A stretch of 64,000 nt of DNA from IMG/VR virus record IMGVR_UViG_3300024346_000007; one strand, written 5' to 3'. Positions 46,496-56,055 of the stretch are shown here, in pieces (the first letter of the stretch is position 1; every line of letters starts with the position of its first letter). The notes under the pieces were generated by a model. The model had not been told where the DNA came from. It saw nothing but the letters and a program-made list of their open reading frames with translations, and did no database searches. The stretch is from a virus. The translations under genes were made by a program, and so were the position numbers.

Positions 46496-48556
46496 TTAGG
46501 ATCCCTCACCACCGCAGCTTACACAATTAAATGCCCCTGTTGGTGTTGCAGTAAAGTTAGTTCCATCTCTTGTAAATTCTCTAGAGTCTGCCCCATCAGA
46601 TAACCAGAAAGTTCCGTTATTATCAACTTCAGCATCAAAGCAAGCCTGGCTAGACACTAGTATAAATATGTTAGTGCATAGACACAGTGTAGCAGTTCCT
46701 CCAAATGATAAATTAACATTGGTACATCCTAAGACCACATTACACGCATCTGCCGGTGTATTTGCTGATAAACTATACACTATAGGCACAGGTGTTGGAG
46801 TAGGAGTGGGAGTGGGTGTAGGAGTAGGTGTAGCTGTTGGAGGTTCAGGGGTAGGTGTAGGGGTAGGTGTAGCTGTAGGTGGTAATGGGGTAGGTGTAGG
46901 TGTAGGAGTAGGAGTTGCCGTTGCTGGTATAGGAGTAGCTGTAGCTGGCAACGGAGTTGCCGTTGCTGGTATAGGAGTAGCTGTAGCTGGCAACGGAGTT
47001 GCCGTTGCTGGTAATGGAGTAGGGGTAGCTGGCAACGGAGTTGCCGTTGCTGGTAATGGAGTAGGGGTAGCTGGCAACGGAGTTGCCGTTGCTGGTAATG
47101 GAGTAGGGGTAGGAGTGCCGCAGTTAGTTTGGTTTTGTAAGTTTCCAGCAAAAGCAGATGTATTCCAATAATTAATGCCATTAGAATAGAATCCATCTCC
47201 TACAGGGCTTGTTAAGCCGCTATCCTGATACAATATAACTCCGTTAGCCAAAACAGATGTTCCTGGTGCCGCATAATAGGTATTTGTAAATAAAGTAGGG
47301 TACCTACCACATGCCTCTAGGCCGCTAAGACTGCTATACGCTAATAAGAAAGAAGTGTAAGCAGGAGTTGGCGTTGGTGTAGCTGTTGCTGGTAAAGGAG
47401 TAGGTGTAGGAGTAGGAGTAGCTGTAGCTGGCAACGGAGTTGCCGTTGCTGGTAATGGAGTTGCCGTTGCTGGTAATGGAGTAGCTGTAGCTGGTATAGG
47501 AGTGGCCGTTGCTGGTAGTGGTGTAGCTGTAGCTGGTAGTGGTGTTGGAGTAGCTGTTGATGTTGGAGTAGGAGTAGCTGTTGATGTTGGAGTAGGTGTA
47601 GCTGTTGGTGTTGATGTTGGAGTAGAAGTAGGCGTAGGTGTAGGAGTTGGGGTTAAGTATATAGCATATACTATAAACTTACACAGTGGTTTAGAAACCT
47701 TAGCTTCTATAGTTGCATAGTTTGATTTAAGAATACAGCTACTACCAGAGATACTAGTAGAGAATCTATACTTAGTTGTATAGGTTCCTATAACACTACT
47801 ATTTAGAGTTACAGTTCCGTTACCATTATTAGAAAAATAAGAAACATCAGAGCCTGACAACTCTATTGATCCAGTCAAAGCAGTCCATCCTTTAGTATTA
47901 TCATTTACTAAAGGACTTATTATTTTAGGAGACGTAGAGGATGAAAAAGATATGTAATCATCCTTTGCATATGGAGGTATTGGAAATATACTCTGATAAT
48001 CTGGGTGGGTGATTATTATCAACCCATGCTCATAAAATATATTACCAACTAAAGTATTTACTGCTGCGACATCATATATGTTACCTTTTCCATCATCCTG
48101 TAAATTCATGAAGGATGTAGATATATTAAAGGATATTTTTTTTACTGACGTGCTGAATACCTCTTTAGATATGGATAATACTTTAATGGTGGCATCAGAT
48201 CCACTAGGAAAATCTTTGATCATATACCCTTGAGGAGTATAATCATAATAGGACCCAGAAGGCCTATATATAGATGCGCTAGCGTAGTTTAATGATTCTA
48301 AATTTGATGAATTATCTAGATAAGACCCAGAAAATGACTGATAATACAAATGGTTTACTGAATCATAAACCAATCTATCGTACTCATTATTGGTCTTGAT
48401 ATCGTTATTATAGTCGAATATACTGCCGGTTTTTACACCATTGTATACTCTAATTCCATAAGACTCTAAATCACATACACTAACACTCCAATTTTTATTT
48501 GCTAAGTATGGAATGTTAGCTATATCTGACTTATATAAACGTTTGTATGCCGACAT
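46496..48556 (-). CDS. Baseplate/tail protein N-terminal module fused to an Ig-like domain, mucin-like PLPATAT arrays and Cys-rich tip modules
   Basis: LQDDGKGNI...VGNIFYEHGLIIIT; PYAKDD...PLVND (Big/cadherin-like); two Pro/Thr arrays. Confidence 0.7.
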   Translation of the reverse strand: MSAYKRLYKSDIANIPYLANKNWSVSVCDLESYGIRVYNGVKTGSIFDYNNDIKTNNEYDRLVYDSVNHLYYQSFSGSYLDNSSNLESLNYASASIYRPSGSYYDYTPQGYMIKDFPSGSDATIKVLSISKEVFSTSVKKISFNISTSFMNLQDDGKGNIYDVAAVNTLVGNIFYEHGLIIITHPDYQSIFPIPPYAKDDYISFSSSTSPKIISPLVNDNTKGWTALTGSIELSGSDVSYFSNNGNGTVTLNSSVIGTYTTKYRFSTSISGSSCILKSNYATIEAKVSKPLCKFIVYAIYLTPTPTPTPTSTPTSTPTATPTPTSTATPTPTSTATPTPLPATATPLPATATPIPATATPLPATATPLPATATPLPATATPTPTPTPLPATATPTPTPAYTSFLLAYSSLSGLEACGRYPTLFTNTYYAAPGTSVLANGVILYQDSGLTSPVGDGFYSNGINYWNTSAFAGNLQNQTNCGTPTPTPLPATATPLPATPTPLPATATPLPATPTPLPATATPLPATATPIPATATPLPATATPIPATATPTPTPTPTPLPPTATPTPTPTPEPPTATPTPTPTPTPTPTPVPIVYSLSANTPADACNVVLGCTNVNLSFGGTATLCLCTNIFILVSSQACFDAEVDNNGTFWLSDGADSREFTRDGTNFTATPTGAFNCVSCGGEGS
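46790..47655. repeat. Two coding tandem-repeat arrays (PLPATAT)n/(PT)n (about 46790-47115 and 47365-47655)
   Basis: Repeated ggagttgccgttgctggtaat / gtagctgtagctggcaac units. Confidence 0.9.
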
Positions 48557-48573
48557 ATGTAGTCATCTCGAAT

Positions 48574-49602
48574 TTAAAATTCTAATTTGACTCTACATGT
48601 TATCTGCTTGGTGAAATCTTTTGGCAAAGGTTTACTTAATTTAGCAACAGCCAAAAGCTCATTAGCATCGTTATATAATCCTATAGTTGTAGGAAATACC
48701 TGCGGATTGTCAATTAGTATTGAGTATAGTACATTTCCATTCTCATCTATAATAGATGGGTTTGTTGTATAGTTTAACTGAGAGCTTTTTGCATTTACAA
48801 AGAAGTATCTAGATGATATAGTCTCTTCGCTTTTTGCTTGAAATAATGATCCAGAATTGATTACTCTATATAATCTATCTGCATTTATATTATATACGGC
48901 TGTATATGATTTTGCATTTGTTTCGTCTATAGTCATTCCTATTCCTCCGTTAGCATATGATAGAGCCAGAGCTCTTGGGTTTAGAATATAAACCCCCATA
49001 TCTGGGAAGAAGTATCCGTAGCTGCCGCTATCGGTCTGTATTGATGATGTATTGTAGCTGCTACCGTTTGATCCGCTTACAATATAGTACACTCTATTTC
49101 CACCAATAAAACTATTTACAGAAGTGTCTTTACTATTGTCGGTCAAGTATATATAGCTACTACCATTCTTTAGAGCTAAGTTCCAAGTACCTGTATTAAT
49201 CTTTTCTTTATATCTAGATCTATTTACATTTATTGCAAATATGTCTCTAGATACACCTCCATTTCCACCGAAATTAAACACACTGCCTTCATCTCCGTAC
49301 ACTAAGTTTCTAAACTGTCCGTATATATCTCTGGTAGGAGTTTTTTCATCTACTAGGCTATTAAATACAGCAGATCCGCTACCTGATATATGTCCATAGG
49401 CAACAGAATATTGTACCTCAGACCCATCACTTCCGTATAGAAGGTTATATACATTTAGATAATACTTTCCAGTATTATCAGTTTGTTGAGTACTAGCTGT
49501 GTATGATGCTGTTAGATTGTATACGTTAGCCGTCCATATAGGGGCCGTTATAGCCTCTGAACTTATTACACTATCATCATCTTGAAATGGTATGAATGAC
49601 AT
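48574..49602 (-). CDS. Baseplate/tail structural protein
   Basis: C-terminal TTIGLYNDANELLAVAKLSKPLPK motif of tail/baseplate proteins; position in the module. Confidence 0.65.
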   Translation of the reverse strand: MSFIPFQDDDSVISSEAITAPIWTANVYNLTASYTASTQQTDNTGKYYLNVYNLLYGSDGSEVQYSVAYGHISGSGSAVFNSLVDEKTPTRDIYGQFRNLVYGDEGSVFNFGGNGGVSRDIFAINVNRSRYKEKINTGTWNLALKNGSSYIYLTDNSKDTSVNSFIGGNRVYYIVSGSNGSSYNTSSIQTDSGSYGYFFPDMGVYILNPRALALSYANGGIGMTIDETNAKSYTAVYNINADRLYRVINSGSLFQAKSEETISSRYFFVNAKSSQLNYTTNPSIIDENGNVLYSILIDNPQVFPTTIGLYNDANELLAVAKLSKPLPKDFTKQITCRVKLEF

Positions 49603-50261
49603 TATTTATTCTTTTTTACAGTTAATGGAATAGTAATTCTAGCACCTGAATCTCTTCCTACTACAGTTATGGTTGTGCTAAGACTTGTTAATGTGCTACC
49701 AAATAGGGTATCTATTGTGGTACCTACCAAAGTAAATGAAGTTCCAATGGCAGTCTTGCTTATTTGAGTTCCCGTAGTAGTGTTTAAATCAGATATGCCA
49801 AGATTAGTCGTGTCTATTCCTATACCTGTAAAGGTAGACAATAATCTTGCATCTCCAACAGTTACTACATATCCGCTAGGTTCGAATGTAGATGTAGCTC
49901 CTAAATAGTTCAAAGTCTGTGGAGTTATCACTATTGAAGCCGCTTGCTTAAGAACTATGCTAGCATACCCTACATTTATAACTGGGAGTTTGCTTGTTCC
50001 TCTAGGAAGTGTTACCAACTTATATTTCATAATTTGGTTCTCATCTGGGAATGCTTCTAATAGGGGTAGGTTTTCTATAGCTTCTCCATAAAAAGCCGAG
50101 CCTGAGGGGTGTGTTGTATTATACAACGTATAATCTATCTCATCATCAGCCATTGCAAACTGTGTAATCCTGAATGACCCATCGTTCCTGGCTAGGAGTT
50201 CCCTGCCTTTTTTAGTCAAAATTGCATCGACAGTTACTACATTATTGTTTAAATATCCCAT
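49602..50261 (-). CDS. Tail-collar-fibre-like baseplate protein
   Basis: DAILTKKGRELLA...FRITQFAMADD N-terminal motif. Confidence 0.6.
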   Translation of the reverse strand: MGYLNNNVVTVDAILTKKGRELLARNDGSFRITQFAMADDEIDYTLYNTTHPSGSAFYGEAIENLPLLEAFPDENQIMKYKLVTLPRGTSKLPVINVGYASIVLKQAASIVITPQTLNYLGATSTFEPSGYVVTVGDARLLSTFTGIGIDTTNLGISDLNTTTGTQISKTAIGTSFTLVGTTIDTLFGSTLTSLSTTITVVGRDSGARITIPLTVKKNK

Positions 50262-50277
50262 TTTTGTAATTTGTATA

Positions 50278-50285
50278 TATAAATA
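50278..50285 (-). promoter_or_regulatory. TATTTATA motif
   Basis: Intergenic. Confidence 0.55.
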
Positions 50286-50305
50286 TTAAGATTTATCATT
50301 TTAGG

Positions 50306-53300
50306 TTATCCTATGATTAGAACTTTAGAAAGGATGGTATCCTTAAGAGGAGCTACTATGTTTCCTATCTCTTTTTTAATCTCTGGTTTGATATTATATG
50401 GTATCATAAAGGCATTAGATGGTAAGCCATCTTTCTTTTTGAAGTCCAATATTATTACCGTTTCATCCTCTGTTTTCCTTAAAATTGCAAAGCTAGCTCC
50501 AGATATCTGATTAGGGTTATACTCTCTATCTAACACTATGGCAGCTGGTCTGGTTACTACATATGTTGTTATAGTTCCTGAAGATATAGCCTGTATCTGA
50601 GGTTCTATAACCTCTAATACTGTATAATAATCAGGTTTTATGGCATTAAATTGAGTAAACCTTATGACATCATAAACTTTAACGTTGAATGGATACTCTA
50701 CCGCACTATAACTGTTACTTATAGAAGCTGGGTTAGACGGATCCTGTGGTTCAAAGATAACACCTTGTTTCCATAATAAGGACGCTTCTTCATTAAAAAC
50801 TACAGTTTTATTATCTGAGGATGCTATTATTATTGGGTGTAGAGGGTCTACTCCTATAGTCGTTGTTGTTACTTGGGTAGTATTTGCTGTTACCTTGTCC
50901 CATACCTCGAAAAACGCCTGGGACGTAGTTCCAGGTTGCATTTCAAAATAAATATTTTCACTTCTTCTAAAAAACGTTGTTACTTCCGCAAAGTAGAATC
51001 TAACTCTTAATTTATCGTTTTGGTTTAATTTTACTTCTTTATTGAACAATTGACACTTTCCTTCAAAGTACGGACTTATTAAGTTACCATTATAAGTCCC
51101 TCCTATAGTCTCTTCTGGGAAATACAAGAAGCCTTTACTTTCATTAACTAGTGCTCTAGTTGTTCCTGTACTAGACTCGCCTCCAGATGCTATTGGTATA
51201 TTTGTTGCAGTAAAAGTAGTATATCCGTAAGGAATTGGATTAGATGCGTCGCTAGTATCTAAATAGTCCCATGTTGATGATCCTGCTTTTTGAACTTCTA
51301 GAATACCTATTATTTTTACAATAGCTGGTCCCTTTTCTTCCGGCCTCCCTCCAGATCCTTCTGGATTTTTAACCTTTACTTTTATAGGTAAGTCTATGTT
51401 CACTTTATAAGTAGATGTTCTTGGAGCTGTTACATATGAATAATACTCAGTTCCTGACTGTACTACTGTTAGTTTTCCAGTAAAATCATTAGTTATATAA
51501 CCTCCATCTGTCTCTGCAGTGCTAAATGGTATAAACCAATCTAAAGAATAATAAGAAGCGTCGTCTCCAAATATATAGTTTTTAAACCCTATATTTCGTA
51601 AGGAATTTGTATAATCTTTGTATAAAGTACTAGAAGCTATATAATCAGTTAAAGGCATTTTTAAATAAGGCCAACTAGTACTCGGTACTCTTTTTTGAGA
51701 AAAAGTTATACCTGTTTGAGCAGCCCCGTTTATTCTAAAAAATACATTGGTATTATTTGGAAGATCTACAAATTCTGCGTTTGTGTCACCGTATGTTTCA
51801 AAAACATATCCATCTAGATTAATGGCTTTTAATCCTAGTCTTTTTTCTGTTGTTTCTGTTGGCTCTAAGTATGTAAATGTTAAATCTTCATTAATATCTC
51901 TAAAGAGTATAGGAGAATAATTAAACCCGCCTTCCCATATTACCTTATCCCCATCTAATGAAGATTGATTTGTAGGATTTAATTTATCCATTAATGAAAC
52001 GTTAACAAGATCTCCCTTCTTGTAAATATTTTGAACTTCAAAAATATGATAGTTTCTTCTAGACAATTCAGTTATTGACCCTGTAGCATCTATAAGATAT
52101 TTTATATTAACGGTTGTTTTGTCATAAAAATTAAGATTCTTCTTATTAATACTATTAGCAAATGCAAACTTTTCTGAGTTAAAATCTATAGCAGCAGTTT
52201 TACCATAGGAGTAATCTCCTGGGGTGTAAAAATTATATATAGAACTAGTAGTTTTAGATCCATCGTATCTCGGTCTAGTATATCTTGGGTCTGAGTAGTT
52301 TTCATCCATTATCTCTACTGGCTCAAGCATCCCAAACTGGTATGGGTTAATCTTTTTAAATATTTTAGATATTTGACTAGCTGACACATTATTAATAGTT
52401 GTGTTGTATACACTCCTATCAAAAAAGTTATGATCTATACTAGAGGTGTATAACAAATACGGATTATAATTCTTCTCTGCAAATATATTATTAATGTCAA
52501 TTAAAGATCCTGACAGCTGACCTGTATAAAAATCACTGCCGTCTGCATAGCCGCTTGTGTATATACTGTTCGCTGTAATATCTCCCGCTGCTATTTCACC
52601 CTCTTTGTAATTATAATTTTCAGTTAAAATTGTCTCAGCTCTTTTTGCTTTAGACCTCTCAAGTAAAGTAGATTTTATTGTAAGACCAGTCTGTATGCTA
52701 GACCTAGCAGGGACATAGTCTTTGATCATTTTAAACAATGAGTTATCAAAAAACTTTATCAGTCTTATATAATCTGCAAGGTTGTAATTTCTAAAATACT
52801 TGTCGTAGTATTCTTTATTTAGAGATACTAAGTTTGGATACTCTTTTTTATAATCATCTCTAGGATCTCCTATATACTCATCTATATCTATTGAGTTTCC
52901 ATACTGACCTATTATATCTTTATTCGTTTCATTCTGTGGAGAGAAAGAAGCATCTATAAAGTGGATATCTTTTGTTGTGTATATTTGAGACTCATCCTCC
53001 AATCTTATAAATGGTGACAAAACACTACCAGTTATATAGTTGTCTATAATCCTAACTTTTTGATTTACTGGCGTGGCATACACCATATTAGGGGTATCTG
53101 TTACATACTCCTCATCATTAGGTATATAGTTATTCTCATTAGAAAAACCTACAAAGCTGGCAGACTTTTCGGTACCTCCAGTTATATAGGATCTTTCTTT
53201 ATAATTTGGCTGTACAGAATACACCGATCCTGTTGTGTTGTGGTTATAGGTATATAGGTTATTACCGAGAGGGAATCTAGCAGATAATTCATCATATGAA

Positions 53301-55723
53301 GATCCACTATAGTTTCCTCTTATTGATTCTGGGTTTAATGTATGATAATCAAAAACAGACTCAGATAGAGGAGTTGTCCAATACCTAAGCTCTTGAAGGC
53401 TACCTACAAATTTAGAACCAGTTCCACCTAGATAAAGAGACTGTGATACTCTATTCCAGCTATAGTTGTAAGAAGAAGATGTTGCCCCTTCAGCAAATAT
53501 GCTAGCAGACGCTTCATGACCTATCCTTATACCTATCTTATTCTTTACATATAGATCGTAATATTGGTCCTGATTATTTGTGTTTACATCGTACTCATTT
53601 CTTCTCTTGACCATCACATTCCACCACAAAGACTCTCCAGAGGAGGCAGTCATGAATATAGGAAGGGATATAGAAGTTTTAGATACTCCGGCACTACCGC
53701 TAAGGTAGAAATTTACCACACTATAAGGATACCCAATAGCTGAATCTGGGTACATATTTGCATACATAGTCCTTCTTCCATTGCTGTCTAGAGTAACATC
53801 GAATAAAGAAGATGTATAGTAGTAGTAATCTTTGTCTGGATTAAATCTAAACTCTAGTGAATTTGGAACATAATCAGTAACAGATCCTGTAGGATAATCA
53901 TATTCAGCCCCCCAATAAGCCTTTACATAGGACCCTGACATGTTTAGGGCGTACGAGAATCTATCGTAGGTGTATTCTACGGTGTTATTAAGCTTATCTG
54001 CGCCCCCAAACTCATTAACTGACAAGATAGTATCAGGTATTCCGAAAGACGATATAAGGGCCTTTAATCCCCTTGCAGTACCCTTAGATTTTAATAGAAG
54101 AGGTAAGTTGTGATATATCCTCTTTAAAGTCTCCTTTTGTATGTCTTGTCCAGGTATAGTATATGCTGATGCTGTTACTAACGTATCAAAAGATGATCCT
54201 GTAGGAGAGTAGCTTCCGGATACAGAGCTTCCTATCAGATATTGAAATAGATTCTCACTACTTTTTGAATTATATAGTTTTATACCAAGAGACCTTAGAG
54301 CATAGTAAACAAGGTCCTTAGATATTCCTTTATTAAGATTGTTATTGTTTTTATAAAGATCTGTAATACTCTTCATGTATATCCACACATTATCAAAATG
54401 CTGGCCTACCATGTTTAAGAATAGAGTGTATCCATCATTTACAGGATCTACAGATATGTACTCTGGTACAATATAAGATAAGTTGTCTTGGTTTTCTAAA
54501 TCATATATAGATGCTGAGTTTAACTGGCCACCATATAGTATAGAATCATAATCATCTGATCCTAACCAAGTCTCTACTTCACTAGAAGTAGAAGAGTATA
54601 AAGTATAAGGCTTGTACGCATTTGACTTTGGCCATGCTGAAGATTCTGATGTATAGTAAAGATAGGTTTCATATCCGTCAAAATTGGTAACTATGTTATC
54701 TATCTTTCCCTGTAGAGAAGTTATACTTGCACTAGAGTTGAAAGATGTGTTATAGTTTGTAGTAGTCTTTATTGCGTTTATGTCTGATTGGTACGCTTCT
54801 ACTAGTTCTATCTTGTATCTAAAGTTTAATAATCTTTCTTTTGCAGAAGAGAAGTGTACAAAATCGCCATAGTCTGAGTAGTCTACGTTTATTTGTATAC
54901 CCTTTTTATTTAATGCATTTAGCAACTCTTGGTAAGCGCCAAGAGATTGATTTGATAGTAGATCATTTATGTTAGTATAGTCAGATGGCTTTATAGAATT
55001 TTCATCTACTTCTATATCAAAGTTAGCTGACTTTAGAAAAGGGATACTTGTTTGTATAGGTTGAGGGGCTAGGTTAACCTCAAAAACAGAAGCTTCTGAT
55101 AGTTCTTCTACGAACCAAAAAGAAGACTTTATACCAAACTCACTAGGGAGTGGTTGATATAGTTTTATCAATACACTATATGGATCTGTGTTCTTATCTA
55201 ATGCTATATTTACAGCATTTATTATATTGTTGTCCCCAAAGTTTAAAAGAAAATCTTTAAAGTAGGATGCTGTTTGTATCTCATATAAAAAGTTTATAAC
55301 ACCTTCTTCTATGGTCAAATTAGACAAGTCATTAGAAGATATTCTAAGTTCCTTACGATCATTAGATATTTCTTTTATAAAGAACACCTTTTGATTAATA
55401 TCTACTATCTTCTTCCTATATACATTGAACTGAACATTATATGTTCCATATGTAAACCCAAGTGATTCTACTACACTGCCAGGGAAGAACTCTAACTCTT
55501 CTGTGTACGTGTTTTCAGATCCTTGTAAAGTTGCCGGTATTCTGTACTCTGTATAATTATAATTTGAGTAAAGTAAACTACCGTTTTTAGTATATACATG
55601 ATACTCTACATAATCTTCCTTTAAACCAAACTGTCTTATATAATCTCTAGAAGCTATAAGAGATGAGTCTATAGTATCGTACTTATCAAAACTAACATTT
55701 ATCTTATTTACAGACGTTACCAT
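50306..55723 (-). CDS. Large baseplate wedge protein (gp7-like), 1805 aa
   Basis: FLNMVGQHFDNVW, RIYHNLPLLLKSKGTARGLKALISSFG (wedge-like motif), internal LamG-like segment. Confidence 0.65.
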   Translation of the reverse strand: MVTSVNKINVSFDKYDTIDSSLIASRDYIRQFGLKEDYVEYHVYTKNGSLLYSNYNYTEYRIPATLQGSENTYTEELEFFPGSVVESLGFTYGTYNVQFNVYRKKIVDINQKVFFIKEISNDRKELRISSNDLSNLTIEEGVINFLYEIQTASYFKDFLLNFGDNNIINAVNIALDKNTDPYSVLIKLYQPLPSEFGIKSSFWFVEELSEASVFEVNLAPQPIQTSIPFLKSANFDIEVDENSIKPSDYTNINDLLSNQSLGAYQELLNALNKKGIQINVDYSDYGDFVHFSSAKERLLNFRYKIELVEAYQSDINAIKTTTNYNTSFNSSASITSLQGKIDNIVTNFDGYETYLYYTSESSAWPKSNAYKPYTLYSSTSSEVETWLGSDDYDSILYGGQLNSASIYDLENQDNLSYIVPEYISVDPVNDGYTLFLNMVGQHFDNVWIYMKSITDLYKNNNNLNKGISKDLVYYALRSLGIKLYNSKSSENLFQYLIGSSVSGSYSPTGSSFDTLVTASAYTIPGQDIQKETLKRIYHNLPLLLKSKGTARGLKALISSFGIPDTILSVNEFGGADKLNNTVEYTYDRFSYALNMSGSYVKAYWGAEYDYPTGSVTDYVPNSLEFRFNPDKDYYYYTSSLFDVTLDSNGRRTMYANMYPDSAIGYPYSVVNFYLSGSAGVSKTSISLPIFMTASSGESLWWNVMVKRRNEYDVNTNNQDQYYDLYVKNKIGIRIGHEASASIFAEGATSSSYNYSWNRVSQSLYLGGTGSKFVGSLQELRYWTTPLSESVFDYHTLNPESIRGNYSGSSYDELSARFPLGNNLYTYNHNTTGSVYSVQPNYKERSYITGGTEKSASFVGFSNENNYIPNDEEYVTDTPNMVYATPVNQKVRIIDNYITGSVLSPFIRLEDESQIYTTKDIHFIDASFSPQNETNKDIIGQYGNSIDIDEYIGDPRDDYKKEYPNLVSLNKEYYDKYFRNYNLADYIRLIKFFDNSLFKMIKDYVPARSSIQTGLTIKSTLLERSKAKRAETILTENYNYKEGEIAAGDITANSIYTSGYADGSDFYTGQLSGSLIDINNIFAEKNYNPYLLYTSSIDHNFFDRSVYNTTINNVSASQISKIFKKINPYQFGMLEPVEIMDENYSDPRYTRPRYDGSKTTSSIYNFYTPGDYSYGKTAAIDFNSEKFAFANSINKKNLNFYDKTTVNIKYLIDATGSITELSRRNYHIFEVQNIYKKGDLVNVSLMDKLNPTNQSSLDGDKVIWEGGFNYSPILFRDINEDLTFTYLEPTETTEKRLGLKAINLDGYVFETYGDTNAEFVDLPNNTNVFFRINGAAQTGITFSQKRVPSTSWPYLKMPLTDYIASSTLYKDYTNSLRNIGFKNYIFGDDASYYSLDWFIPFSTAETDGGYITNDFTGKLTVVQSGTEYYSYVTAPRTSTYKVNIDLPIKVKVKNPEGSGGRPEEKGPAIVKIIGILEVQKAGSSTWDYLDTSDASNPIPYGYTTFTATNIPIASGGESSTGTTRALVNESKGFLYFPEETIGGTYNGNLISPYFEGKCQLFNKEVKLNQNDKLRVRFYFAEVTTFFRRSENIYFEMQPGTTSQAFFEVWDKVTANTTQVTTTTIGVDPLHPIIIASSDNKTVVFNEEASLLWKQGVIFEPQDPSNPASISNSYSAVEYPFNVKVYDVIRFTQFNAIKPDYYTVLEVIEPQIQAISSGTITTYVVTRPAAIVLDREYNPNQISGASFAILRKTEDETVIILDFKKKDGLPSNAFMIPYNIKPEIKKEIGNIVAPLKDTILSKVLIIG

Positions 55724-56055
55724 TATTTAGTCGGGTTTGTAAGTGATACTATCTGTGTCTTTAGTGACACGTTTTCATCTCTTAAATTTGCTATCTCTTC
55801 TCTTAAATCATCTATACTTAAACCTATATACTCTCCGCTTCTTTTTACCAGTTCAGTATGAGAGTTTTCAGATCCACTAGGAGGTATATCATAAAACAAA
55901 GTATCATAATCACTAAAGAAGCTATCTACAGATGCTGGAGTTTGAGTTATATCTGTTGGTTCTTTAGGCACTAACTGATTAAACTCTACATCTACCACAT
56001 TTGTAAATGTATTCTTGCCGTATATCTTTCTAACTATGTTTACTTGCTCCCCCAT
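55723..56055 (-). CDS. Hypothetical protein with a C-terminal coiled coil
   Basis: Coupled ORF in the baseplate module. Confidence 0.6.
   Translation of the reverse strand: MGEQVNIVRKIYGKNTFTNVVDVEFNQLVPKEPTDITQTPASVDSFFSDYDTLFYDIPPSGSENSHTELVKRSGEYIGLSIDDLREEIANLRDENVSLKTQIVSLTNPTK

Noticed and set aside
4085-47655. Tandem repeats as a possible CRISPR array
   Set aside because: Units are in-frame coding repeats without unique spacers, and there are no cas genes
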